Shown here piece by piece: positions 24,236-37,794 of a stretch of DNA of 46,232 bases. Below the pieces are notes generated by a model. That model was not told the origin of the DNA and ran no database searches. It was given only the letters and a program-made list of their open reading frames with translations. The DNA is from Octopus bimaculoides. Its lineage: Eukaryota. Position numbers and translations under genes: made by a program. The DNA lies in contig NC_068989.1 of the NCBI RefSeq assembly GCF_001194135.2, positions 71,141,833-71,188,064 on the forward strand, in the 5' to 3' direction. Numbering within the stretch: the stretch's first letter is position 1; every line of letters begins with the position of its first letter.

Positions 24236-25489
24236 CCTATTATTATTCTTAATTTCATTTCAAGCTTGAATTCAATTTATTTTCAGACGTACTCCGAAAG
24301 AAATAAATAAAATACGAATAAAAAAAAGAAAAAGAAAAAAGAAATTGCATTAAATTAAGTCATACAAAACTAAATTACAATAAAACATTGTTGTGTAAAC
24401 GTAGAATTGGCATTAAATAATACAAACACGAGAGATATAATAATGTCAAAAGTAAAAATATAAANNNNNNNNNNNNNNNNNNNNNNNNNNNNNNNNNNNN
24501 NNNNNNNNNNNNNNNNNNNNNNNNNNNNNNNNNNNNNNNNNNNNNNNNNNNNNNNNNNNNNNNNNNNNNNNNNNNNNNNNNNNNNNNNNNNNNNNNNNNN
24601 NNNNNNNNNNNNNNNNNNNNNNNNNNNNNNNNNNNNNNNNNNNNNNNNNNNNNNNNNNNNNNNNNNNNNNNNNNNNNNNNNNNNNNNNNNNNNNNNNNNN
24701 NNNNNNNNNNNNNNNNNNNNNNNNNNNNNNNNNNNNNNNNNNNNNNNNNNNNNNNNNNNNNNNNNNNNNNNNNNNNNNNNNNNNNNNNNNNNNNNNNNNN
24801 NNNAGAGAGGAGAAGGAAGAGGGGAGAGAGGGATAGAGAGGTGAAAGGGAAAGAAGCAGACAGAAAGAACCAAAAGACAGAGAAAAGGGAAAAACATAGA
24901 AGCGAAGAAGAGTAGAAGAATATGATGTGTGTATGTGTGTGTGTGTGAGTGTGTGTGTATGAGGGTGTGTGTGTGTGTGTGAGAGTGAGTGTGTGTGCGT
25001 GTGCGTGTGCGTGCGCGCGCGCTTGTGTGAGGGGGTATGAGTATGTGTGATTGTGTGTGTGTGTGAGAGTGTGTGTATGTGTATGTGTGTGTATGTGTAC
25101 GTGTGTATGTGTGTGTATGTGCGTATGTGTGTATATGTGTGTGTGAAGCTATGTGTATATGTATGTGAAGGTGTATGTGCCTGTGTGTGTGTGTGAGAGA
25201 GAGTATGTGCATGTGTATGTGTGTGTGCATGTGTGTGTATGCGCGTATTATGTGTGTGTATGTGTGTGTGGAGATATGTGTATATGTGTGGGTGAAGGTG
25301 TATGTGTAAGTGTGTGTGTGTATGTGTGTGTGTGAAGGTGTGTGTGTGTGTGAAGGTGCGTGTGTGAAGTTGCGAAAGAGAGTCATAACAACCGGGTTAA
25401 AACAACTCTTTTATGGTTCTGTAGCGTTCGATAATAAATCTAAGACGAACGATGAAGAAAACAGACCAAACGATAGACACGACAGAGAA

Positions 25490-25549
<60 letters not shown>

Positions 25550-26149
25550 ACAGGAAGAGGTAGCACTTCAAGGAAAAAATAAATAAATAATTATGATGAT
25601 GATAATAATGATGATGGCGGTGGCGATGGTGATGATGATGGCGAAGGTGGCAGTGGTGATGATGACGGCCATAGAAGATACAACAGCTTTCTTCTGTTGT
25701 AACATTTTTCTTTTCTTTTTGTTTTTCGTTTTTTCTATTAGTCTTATGAATCATTATTATATTCAAAGAAGATAACGATTTTGATGCCTTAGGGGGGAAA
25801 AACACATCGATATTGATAAATTTCAATCAAAGAAGTGGCGAGAGCCTGAGAGCTTGAAATGCTGATGATTCTTCAAGAAGATTCTTCAGTCTCTTGTTTT
25901 TCTTCTGATAATTTAACTATAACCATTTTCAAAGTTTATGGAAATCTATTCGTTAGACTTAAATAGATTTTTCTTCATTTGTTATTTTGTTGTTGTCGTT
26001 GTTGTTGCTGATGTTGCTGTTTCTTTCACATACATACATACATACATACATACGTACGTACGTATATATATATNNNNNNNNNNNNNNNNNNNNNNNNNNN
26101 NNNNNNNNNNNNNNNNNNNNNNNNNNNNNNNNNNNNNNNNNCAATATAT

Positions 26150-26464
<315 letters not shown>

Positions 26465-26789
26465 CGGTTTCTGACCGACAGGTATCCCACTTGTTCAATG
26501 AAGGCATCTATATATAGAATGTATATAGTCCAGTGCAATTATAGTGCAGGGTGCTGCATATAAGCCTCCCGGAGTCACCATGCTCGATAAAGGTTTCAAC
26601 AGTAAACGCAGTTTGTACCAACTTAAACCAAGATGCTAAACACAGAAAAAACCCTTAACCATAAGCTACATAGAAACATCATTACCGCCGGCCTAATATC
26701 TCTAGTGCCATACCAATGGTCGTATAAAATATGAGAGTTTTTTTTCTGTCGCACCTTATATAGACGGAGCACTGTTGCACAAATAAGCT

Positions 26790-26965
26790 TCTAACTTCAC
26801 TCTCAGGAAGAGTCAACGTAACACCGTGTGTAACAAGGCTGTTGGTTCTTTCAATATACAGATATGGTCATCCGGAAACTTTCACAGTTTTCATCAACTG
26901 AATTTTGCCCTCAAAGAGCTTGGTTGCTAGAAAACCAAGATTTCGCGGAGTAGTTCATAGTTGGA
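26790..26965 (-). mobile_element. Old SINE relic: family C-like body joined to family A-like head
   Basis: Collinear with 27370-27600. Confidence 0.5.
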
Positions 26966-27369
26966 AATTGATTTTTGTTTATTTACAGAATACACGTGCA
27001 CGCGTGCACACGCGCGCGCACGCAAACATACACACACACAGACAGACGCAAACATACTGACACACACACACGCATACGCATACACACATACACACCCATA
27101 CACATACACTTATACCCATGAACATACATACACACATACACACACACACACGCATACTCACACACATACATATACACACACGTACACACACGCACGCATA
27201 CATACACACACATGCTCATACACAACCTATGCACATACACACACACATGCATATATACACACACTTGTATACACTCAAAGTAGGAGAAGAGAAATTGCGT
27301 AAATGAATAATACTCCGAGGAATTTGATTGTGAGAATTCTAAATTAACTGTTCTCCCTGTTCGCTGCAT

Positions 27370-27600
27370 ATTAGTAATTTAAATGACCGAGTATTCCACA
27401 GACACTTCTTGTACGTTTAATCCTAATCCTCAAGCGGACTCAGTATGGCATTATGTGTAAGGCAGCTGTTGGTTGTTTAAATCTATAGATTTAATCATCC
27501 GAAGAGTTTCACGTAGTTTCCGTTAACCGAATTTCGCCCTCAAAAGCTTACGTTGCCCTAAAGATATACTAGAAACCCTAGGTTTCGTACACTTGAATTG
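27370..27600 (-). mobile_element. Old SINE relic: family C-like body joined to family A-like head
   Basis: 27370-27480 aligns to 27675-27785 (C body); about 27500-27600 aligns to the reverse complement of the family A 5' half. Confidence 0.55.
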
Positions 27601-27674
27601 ATTTGAAGAACTTCATAGTCAAGGAGAGATACAGACAATATACCAACACGCATACACAACATGCAAATCACACA

Positions 27675-27800
27675 ATTAACGTGTAAGTGGCTGAGCACTC
27701 CTCAGACACGTGTACCCTTAACGTAGTGCTCGGGGAGATTCAGCGTGACACATAGTGTGACAAGGCCGGCCCTTTGAAATACAGGTACAACAGAAACAGA
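27675..27800 (-). mobile_element. SINE family C body fragment
   Basis: Reverse complement aligns with about 34985-35105. Confidence 0.85.
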
Positions 27801-28699
27801 AAGAAAGAGTGAGAGAAAGTTGTGGTGATTCAAGGGGTTCATGCGTGCCGATAGCCATCTCCACCCCGATAGCAGTGAACTGGGATGAAGTCCAGGAGGG
27901 AAGAAGGGTCGAGAACGCCGGTGATCTCTCCAAGGCTACAGGCTCGACCACAAACCTGTGAGTGAACCGCCGATATGAAGATATTTCGTAATTTTTAATT
28001 AGGCGATTGTTCTTAATCTAAAGATTTTTTCGCGATTCACGATTATTTTTAACGACTCCATTCTGAGCGACGTATGCTTACCACAACCACAGGGAGTACT
28101 GTCGGGCTGACTCGACTACTCTGGCTTAAATGTAAGCATTCATACTTTTAGGCTATTTCTATAGACAATATAACTTCAACCTAACTTAATCTTTGGTCGT
28201 GAATCTCTTTTATTAGATTTGAAAACGAATTACGACTAGATTTTATTATGATACCGCAGAACAGAACTTATTATAAGGAAGAGTTGCCATCTTTGGTTAT
28301 GTGCAACCTTCACCTAACACATCCAATATATGCAGCCCTGATTACATATGTGTCTGTCAGTTGCTGTCACATTGTGTATGTGCTACGTGGCTTTCAGATG
28401 GAAAAAATTCAACATAAAAACGTCGTAGCATTTCTATACATAAACCAATTTCGTCATGTCTGAATATTTATTCCAAATTGTATATTATTAAATCCGATAA
28501 CAAATTGCACGCAAATTATCCACAGCAAATACAACAAATCTTACAGCAAATACAGAATTATTGCACAGAAAATGTTTCGACTTTGGTTGGTGTGTGGCGC
28601 TAACTTTACACACTTATAGTGTAGATGGTAGTCTTTTCGTAGAAAAACGGCCCTGTAATTTCTTGCGGAATAACCTGTACAAATGATATAATTATAGCG

Positions 28700-28910
28700 A
28701 TCAAATGTATGCGCTGTACATTAGCTCACACCCTCCATCAAACCGACGTTGTCTGAACTGGTGCACGGTGTACCATGCGTCAGATGTCGAAATGATCGCA
28801 GAGCAACGTGAGATTAAGTGTTTTGCTCAAGAACACAATGCACCACCTGGTCTAGGAATTGAAACCACGATTTCGCGATCAGGAATGCAATACAATAACT
28901 ACTGGATGCA
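28700..28910 (-). mobile_element. SINE with family C-type head and a different body
   Basis: Reverse complement shows a tRNA-like head (GTTTCAATTCC B-box-like) and TGTGTTCTTGAGCAAAACACTT..CACGTTGCTC as in family C, then an unrelated 3' part. Confidence 0.7.
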
Positions 28911-29284
28911 CCCTCGACTCACCTTGGGTATAAGCGACTGAGAACGTGACCGAGTTGGTAGCTGATTGGCCGATTCGATGGAGCGTCTTATAAATGACTT
29001 GTGACGTTCTTTTAAGGACCATTACGTTCTCGCAGAAATCGAGAAATTGACTTTGCCTTTCGATACTTTGGAAGATAATTTTATTTTAACTTGTTGAGTC
29101 TGGACGAAGAAGCAATGTCCATGATCTTTGCAGGCCCTACAGGACCAGTGGGTTTGATACACCTGGTGCTCCGTTTTAATTGAAACCAACATCCGCAGGC
29201 CAACATCTGCAAACATGAGCAGGGACGAGATTCTAGAAGATCGATGCCCAGAGAGGAAGCCTTGGGCATAGATTTAGTACACGG

Positions 29285-29595
29285 CTGGGTGGTGGTGGTG
29301 GTGGTGGTGGTGGTGGTGGTGGATGCAACATGAGTGACGATGAGTGGACATTAACGACGACGACGATGATGACGATAGAGACAGACGATAATGATGACGA
29401 TGATGACGATTGCGATGACGATGATGATGACGATGATGATGGTCATGATAACGATGAAGATGATGATGATGACGATGATGATGACGACGACGATGATGAT
29501 GATGACGACGACGATGACGTTGACGACGATGACGACTATGATGATGAGGAGGAGGAGGAGGAGGAAGGGGAGGAGGAGGAGGACGACGACGATGT
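29285..29595. repeat. (GGT)n, (GAT/GAC)n and (GAG)n arrays
   Basis: Direct; source of the spurious poly-D/E ORF 29330-29692. Confidence 0.92.
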
Positions 29596-30711
29596 ATATA
29601 TGTATGTTTCTATCTATCTATTTATGTATCCACATCCACACACAAACACACACACATACACACACACACAAAATATTTTTGTTATTGCTTAAAACTTATC
29701 GACGGGAAAAGAGCCTAGTTGGCCGTATCATTTATTTTCTTTTCAATTTATTTCATATACACTCAAAATCGATCACAGAAGTATAGATTTCCATCTAATG
29801 AAGACTGTTGTTTCTTACTGATGTATATTTTATTGCACATTACCCTAATTATCTGACCTAATTAATTGTAATTATTTAGAATGAAGTAGTGCAACATTTA
29901 TTTATTGTTAATGGTTAGTTTTTAACTCTCGTCCCCCCACTCTCTCTCTCCTTCCCTCTATTCGTCTCTATCTCTATCTCTCCCTTTCTCTCTGTCTCTA
30001 TCTCTCCCTTCCTCTCTGCCTCCCCCCTCTCTCTCTTTCTCTTGTACTTTATAGTTTATTGAGAGCTGGCAATCATATCGCATATCAACTTAAAGTTTCA
30101 TCGACCGAGATCGCCAATAATTAACTATTGAATAGTTTTACGGAGAGTCGTGGTTTAAAAACCCACCCTGCTCAACTGCCATGCAATGTTTCATGGTTTT
30201 ACAACATTTCATAAAAATCATCTTTTGCTATAAGCCATATGTGGCACATTACATTATTTCTTTCAATCAAATCACTCCAAGATCAAACACATTGCATGCT
30301 TTTTGTATATTTCTTCTCTCATATTTACCGTATTTTCCGGCATACCAGTTGATGTGTATTGTAAACATTCAAACATCGTCACTATCCTTCCGAATCCTGC
30401 TGCATTTCATGTGGAATTTTTTAGTCCTCCAAAGTCGTCCTGATATATAAGTCGACCTACCTCTTTTTTTTTTTGCTGTAAATTTTGGGTATACTGGGCT
30501 TCGTATATTTTACCCCAGTGTCACTTTGATGACATGCACTGCTCTCTCACTCCATAATAATAATGAGTATGGAGACTCGTACATCCACAATATTATTTTA
30601 TAGTTATATGCACACCATATTACAATGATCTACACGTGTTTCCACTGCAGCGACTGCACATTGTTGCAGATGCAAATTAATATATATGCAACACACGCGC
30701 GCGCGTACACA

Positions 30712-30792
<81 letters not shown>

Positions 30793-30809
30793 GGTGTTTG
30801 CTACTTCTT

Positions 30810-31140
30810 TACAGAAGAAGGCCATCATGAGATCACATATCACTCATAAAAACGGCTTGGGACAAATAGACCTTAGTGCAGATATGACAAGCATTTTCAG
30901 GCACAAAAGTGTCAGGAATTGAAATCAAGTCCTGTTTACGAAGTGCTCGTTTCAAGATGGATTGTTCAATTCTCCATGTTTCAAATGCTTTGCAGCCGTT
31001 GTAGATAACTTCTTCCCAAACCGATCCATCTTCCTTCAACATCTCCTTGGACTTCAACATTCACACTACGAACTTATAATAGGGTAGTAGAATGCCAGAA
31101 TAATTAGTGTAAGGAAACTGCATTATAAGAATTGTTCCAA
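30810..31140 (-). pseudogene. RTE-like (BovB-type) LINE 3' end
   Basis: Translation DGSVWEEVIYNGCKAFETWRIEQSILKRALRK...CHICTKVYLSQAVFMS resembles the RTE C-terminus (DR..WR..I..G...FE...KR..RK, then a CxxC...SH zinc motif). Ends at a (TG)n tract. Confidence 0.65.
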
Positions 31141-31149
31141 GTCTAAGGC

Positions 31150-32020
31150 GTCGAATTGACAGAACCGTTACTGCACCGGGAAAAATGCTTAGCGGCACTT
31201 CGTCCGCCTTTACGCTCTGAGTTCAAACTCCGCCGAGTTAGACTTTGCCTTTCATTCTTTCGGGATCAATAAAACAAGTCCCAGTTAAGCACTGGGGTTG
31301 AAGTAATCGACTTAACACCTCCCCCGATATTGCTGACCTTGTGCTAAAATGTGAAATCAATATTTGTTCCTCGTCCAAAGCGGCGAGCTGGCAGAATCGT
31401 TTGCGCGATGGATAATATGCTTAGCGGCATTTCATCCGTCTTTACATTCTGAGTTCAAACTCCAATATTTGTTTCTAGCCTGAGCTCAAATACCACCGTT
31501 GTTAGCTTCACTTTTCATATTTTCGAAATTGATAAAATAAAGAAGCATTAAATTACTGGCGTTGATTTTATCGATTTATTGATTTAAATTTTCTTCTCCA
31601 AAAGTTCCGGCCTCATTTCGAAATCAATATTTTGTTTTATATGAAATAAATTCATGTAAAATGGTTTCAGTTTTTGATATAAAGCAAATTTTGAGGGGAA
31701 ATTGTTACCTGAGTAGTTCTTTATTTTATCGACTTCGAAAGAATGAAAGACAAAATGTGAACTCAGAAACTTAGAAGAAACAACGCTAATATGTTTTTTC
31801 TTCGACAGTCTAGCAATTCTGCTAGCTCGTAATCGTAAGTTTAAATATATATATAATAAAAAATAGTAATAACATCCCTCATCTATAAAAATTCCGCCGA
31901 GGTCTACTTTGCCGTTCATCCTTTCATGGTCAATATGTATCAGTTGAGCACTGGAGTCGATGTAATCGACTTACGTTACCCCTGAAGTTGCAGGCCTTGT
32001 GTCAAAAATTTGAAATTAAT
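31150..32020 (+). mobile_element. Cluster of family B SINE copies and fragments, mostly plus strand
   Basis: Copies near 31150-31360, 31378-31462, 31490-31570 and 31890-32020; one degenerate minus fragment near 31710-31800. Confidence 0.85.
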
Positions 32021-32049
32021 AAATGTCATCTGTAAATAATTATCTCTAA

Positions 32050-32270
32050 ATAGGCGTGGGCGTGGTTTACAAGCTGATTTTGCAACCATGTTGCTTTGGG
32101 TTCAGTTTTACTGTAACCCAAGTTCGACCAATACCTTGTGAGTGAATTTGGCTGACGGAAAAGTAAGTCACGGAGTCGATTTGTTCGATCCATTTCGTAA
32201 AGGTAGTGCTCCAGCATGGCCGCATGTCAAATCGCTCAAAGAAGTAAAAGATAAAAGATAAGATAAATAA
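32050..32270 (+). mobile_element. SINE family A, degenerate and internally deleted
   Basis: AGGCGTGGGCGTGG head relic, CCTTGTGAGTGAATTTGG and GTGCTCCAGCATGGCCGC. Confidence 0.75.
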
Positions 32271-32429
32271 ATAAGTGGTCGCCAGAAAGCAATAAATAAA
32301 TAAATAAATAAACGATTTTGCTATTGTCATTTCTTAGGTCAGAGCTGTTTGGCTGGATATGTCCTCAGGGAACCAAAAAAGGGATTTCTGAAATGTGGTT
32401 GCTCCAACGATATGACTGGAAGCAAGACC

Positions 32430-32990
32430 TGCTGAGGTTATTTTATTTATGTATTTGTACGAGATTCGAACTCAGAACGCAGAAAACTAGAACGAATACT
32501 ACAACGCATCTGGTCTAAAATTCTGGCAGTTCTACCAGTTCACTACCCTGGATTTGCACAGCTTTTATCGACCTTACAAGAATAAAAGGCAACACTGACC
32601 TCGCCGGAATTTGAACAAGAACGCAGAAAGTTGGAACGAATACCAAGAGGCATCTGGTCAGACATTCTTACAGTACCACCAGCCCATTGCTCTGGGCTTA
32701 TACTTTTGTTTTTATATCGCTCCAGCAAGAATTAAAAAGCAAAGTTGATCACAGCGAAATTTGAAATCAGAACGCAGAATGTCGGGAAAAAAATACCGCA
32801 AGACATTCATTCCAATGGTCGCACAGTTACGCCAATCCACCGCCCTGGAGTAATATATATTTATCGACCCGGAAAAGATAAAATGCAAAATAGATGGTGG
32901 CAGGATTTGAACTCAAAGTGCAGTATTGGAACAAAAACCACGTGGAATTTTGTCCTACGATTTAACAATACTGGCAACACGTTGCCTTTT
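32430..32990 (-). mobile_element. Four degenerate family B fragments
   Basis: Repeated (A/G)ATT(T/C)GAA(C/A)(T/A)CA(G/A)AA(C/G) B-box reverse complements with TTTATCGACC. Confidence 0.75.
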
Positions 32991-33284
32991 CCGTTAAAAT
33001 TTATATAATATTGTTGCCTTTTCCGTTAAAAATATATAATATTGTTACTAAATTTCAATATACCATTATAATATTGTGCTGTGTTAGTATAACAGGAAAA
33101 TCATAGTATACCGATATCACATTATTGTTACTAAATATTAAAGCTTCATTGTAATGTTTTGGTTTTCTTTTTAATAAAAGCGGATTAACGGAAAAGTTGA
33201 CAGTCTAATGCTATGTAATGTGTATGCGTATGTGTGCGTGTTTGCGTGCGTGTGTGTGTGCGTGTGTGTGTGAACGCGCGTGTC

Positions 33285-33570
33285 TGTATTCAAACTAAAC
33301 ATCAATACGTTTATACACATCACTTTCAAATATACTCCTGCATATGTTTGACTAAACGCCAACATATGTTCAAATACTACGCCCTTCAAGATATTCGACT
33401 AAGCTCTAATATGTTCTGTCAAATACCAGCATATGTCCAAATAAAACGCCTTCACATGTCAAGCTAATTACCACCTCATGTTCAGCTAAACACCGACATA
33501 TGTTCAGCAAAGCACCATCAGATGTTCAGTTAAACTCCAACGTGTTCAAACATTCCAACTTCAAACAAAA
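33285..33570 (+). repeat. Degenerate ~20-bp minisatellite (TAAACACCAACATATGTTCA-like)
   Basis: About 12 variant units seen directly. Confidence 0.8.
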
Positions 33571-33577
33571 CACTTAC

Positions 33578-33619
33578 CGTATCAATCGTCGTCAAAGAAG
33601 TTTCTCTGTAGTTGTCTGA
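33578..33619 (-). other. Candidate 42-nt symmetric exon (SDNYRETSLTTIDT)
   Basis: Minus-strand acceptor cttgcttttctgtccaacag, donor ACG|gtaagt. No homology recognised. Confidence 0.25.
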
Positions 33620-34179
33620 CTGTTGGACAGAAAAGCAAGATCTCCCTGGAATCCAAATACTTTTATCATCATTTAAAAACGAGGAAGAAAACATATTGAA
33701 CAATGTGAACCTAGGTCATATTACCTGAATAAATAACGAGATGGTAACAACATGAAAAACTTAGATCATATTCATGCACAATTATGGCCGACCTAAGCAA
33801 CAATTTTAACATTCAAGCCACGATCAATCTGTAATGATCCTGTACACATTTCCCACCTTGTCTGATTAACTTACTAAACAAATTCTGAGCTATTCACAGA
33901 ACAGAGGGTATCCACTTAATAAACAAAGCTTCCATTCAGAAACAGGCTATACGAGTTTTGCCCGAGTATTGAAATGCATTGTGTGTCTAGCTTTTTTATT
34001 CTTGTATCTTTCATCTGTTACATAGCGAATTTCTGCTCACTTTAAATTGTTCTGCTCATATTGCTTCCGATTAAACCATCGAGATATAGAGCTTATCCTT
34101 TACCACTCGCACCTTATTTTACATTTCGAATAACACACATAAGCTCTTTGCAGAAAATGTTTTAGTTCTATAGCAAAAG

Positions 34180-34320
34180 CTTTCATATGTTTGAACACCT
34201 GGCGGTGTTGAGTCGTGGTTTAACATATGTTGATGTTTAACTGAACGTATGTTGAAGTTTAGTTTGAACATATGAAGGCGTTGTTTGAACTTGTGTTGGT
34301 GTTTAGTCAAACATATAGCT
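34180..34320 (-). repeat. Same minisatellite, inverted
   Basis: Reverse complement GCTATATGTTTGACTAAACACCAACACAAGTTCAAACAACGCCTTCA matches about 33341-33390. Confidence 0.8.
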
Positions 34321-34849
34321 TTATCATTCCTTGACTATGTCTTTCCTTTCAATCACTAACATACATAAAATTGAATGATAATCCTATGAAAATGAACTAC
34401 TTCATCCCTACATCTTTATTTCTCAACCAACTAAGGTATAGTAAAGATATGGGCGCTTCTGTGTTTTCTTAGATAGGGATTGGGGTCACAGCACACTGTA
34501 TCTTACAGTGAACAACCTTGTGTCATTATGTTCTCTTATAAAAGTTAAAATTTGGCCCATTAGGCCGGAAATTATCTTCAGTTTCTTTGGCGTTTGAACG
34601 ACTGAGAAAACAAGACCGCCTCCTGTAGGAGACATCAGTCACCACAGTTAGGAAGAGTAAAAGCTTTTCATTAATATTTATTGGTAAATGGAGGCGAGCT
34701 ATGATATTTTGCTAATATGAAAACCACACATCTAACTGTCTTTCTGTCCAGTACCTTTTTCAATCTCAACCTCTTCGTCTGTTATTTAACCCCAGATAAG
34801 TTTTGATCAAGTAAGCATATGCTCAAGGGCATTTTAGCCATGACAAACC

Positions 34850-35170
34850 AGGCACGTAGTTTAGTGGTTAGGACATTCGGCTCTCGATCGTAAGGCTGTG
34901 AGTTCGATTCCCGGCGAAGCGTTGTATCCTTGAGCAAGACACTTTATTTCATGTTGCTCCAGTCCACTCAGCAGGCAAAAATAAGTTGTACTTGTATTTC
35001 AAAGGGCCAGCTTTGCCACAGTCTATATCACACTGAATCTCTCTGAGGACTATGTTAAGGATACGAGTGGCTGTGGAGTGCTCAGCCACTTACACGATAA
35101 TTTAACGAGCAGGATACTCCGTTGATTGAATCAACTGGGACACTCATCGTCGTATCCGACAGAGAGCCAG
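34850..35170 (+). mobile_element. SINE family C, full length
   Basis: A-box TAGTTTAGTGG (34857), B-box GTTCGATTCC (34902), then TGTATCCTTGAGCAAGACACTT (V-domain-like) and body. Confidence 0.9.
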
Positions 35171-35921
35171 TTGAGAAATCTATGACAACATTATTCGGCA
35201 TGTCCTTTCCTGAGATGGCGGGTACGTGCGTGTGATCTGAAGGAGATTTAGCTACTATTTCTAGGGACTTGCTACGTTGGCTCGCATCAGATGGAGAAAA
35301 CGTATTTGCTGAAACCAGTCAATCTTCAATTGGATTGGCTTAATTCTGGCTCTGTTTAACATCACTGTCGAATCAAGTAAATTTACAGTGCAGTTCATGA
35401 CAAGACATCAAATGCCAAACAAAATAAGTAATAACAATAATAATACTAATAATACTAGCAATATCAACAACAATAATGAAAATGAAATGAACAAAACAAT
35501 GCGAATAGCAACAACAATAACAACATCAACGGCAACAATGACAACAACAACAATAATAATAATAATTGCTGTAGTTGTTGCTATTATAGTTTTAACAATA
35601 ATGATAATAAATAATAACAATAAAACTAATAATAATAACAATGACAATAATAATACCAGTAACAACAACAACAACAAATCAATCGGTTACTTGCGATGGA
35701 AAATACAAGAGAGTAAAATAAAATAAAATAAAATAAAATAAAATAAAAACAAAATAAAATGAAATAAAGAATTCCAAGATGGTTTTCTCAATTCTATTTG
35801 ACGACTTAGTATATTTATAGGAAATGAATTATTTGTGAATTGCAGCAACACATCGTCTAAACTAAATGTTTTTTTTTCTTCTCTCATTTATTTGGCTTCT
35901 ACTTTGCCAATATGTATACAT

Positions 35922-35982
<61 letters not shown>

Positions 35983-36092
35983 CATATATATATGCATATA
36001 TATATATGCATATATATATGTATGTATGTATGTATGTACGTATGTATGCATATATATATGTATTATGTTTGTATATGTAAATGTAAATATTA

Positions 36093-36180
<88 letters not shown>

Positions 36181-36525
36181 TATGTATGTGTGTGTGCGAG
36201 TGTGTGTATGTTTGTATATATATATATGCGTGTTCTTTTACTTCCTACGTAAATAATAACTTTAATCCGTCATGTTGAAGTAATTTGATAACTGACATTT
36301 CACAAAACAATAAGCAAAGAAACTGGGAAGAAAAAAAAAACAAAATAAAGAAATAAATTAAAGAACAATAAATGTTTTTGTTTGTGTTTTCTTATTATAT
36401 TCCTTTACGCGTGACATTGATAAAATGCAATCTGCACTTGTAATTCAAAAGTGTCGGTCACACAAGCACACAACAATGACGACGACGAAGACAACGACGA
36501 TGATGGTGGTGGTGATGATGATTTC

Positions 36526-37105
<580 letters not shown>

Positions 37106-37346
37106 GTTGTTTTTGTTGGATCCTTGGGTACTATAATTACCAAGCTCACAGATTGAAATGGAAATGTATGAGTAAATGCGAATATAGAGTATCTACAGAA
37201 TACAGCATTGTTTGGAGCAGCACGAACCCTCCACAAAGTTTTCGAAACTTAAATGAAGTGTGTTAGTTCACTGGCTGGGCCGCTGACACTTTGTTACACT
37301 CACCAGCGAAGTTGATGTAATAAACATATAACAATCGTATCAATAA

Positions 37347-37563
37347 TCTTTTCTACTACAGGCACACGGCCTGAAACTTGTGGGAAGTTGGTAAGTCGAT
37401 CACATCGATTTCAGTACTTGATTGGTACTTAATTTATCGAACCCGAAAGGATGGAAAACAAAGTCGACTTCGGTAGAATTTGAACTCATTACGTAAAGAC
37501 GGACGAAATGCTGCTATGCATTTTGCCTGGCGTGCTAACGATTCTGCCAGTTCGCCGCCTTAA
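37347..37563 (-). mobile_element. SINE family B, full length
   Basis: Aligns to 44645-44864. Confidence 0.9.
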
Positions 37564-37794
37564 ACAATTTTAACAATAATATCGTTTCCGAAAATTAAAA
37601 ATAGTATATATATCTAATTAGTGTAATTATCATAATTACAGCCAGTAATTCATGAATAAAACATTACTGAAGTGATTGATTGTAAAATTAAGTACATTTT
37701 CTGCTGCTGTTTGCAGCAGCCGCAAATTCTCGCCGTTACACCACAATATACAGTGGCGGCAGAAGTGTTCCTATCAGCCAACATAGAAATAGAG

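Noticed and set aside
25862-25890. CTGATGA plus a short hairpin; also CTGATGA near 41841
   Set aside because: No following GAAA or helix III.
29330-29786. Poly-D/E and poly-M/T ORFs, similarly 20333-20690, 35388-35726 and 36650-37156
   Set aside because: Translations of trinucleotide microsatellites, open in several frames and both strands.
32981-33045. ~33-bp tandem duplication; also a 15-bp triplication near 8826-8870
   Set aside because: Ordinary local slippage with no further structure.
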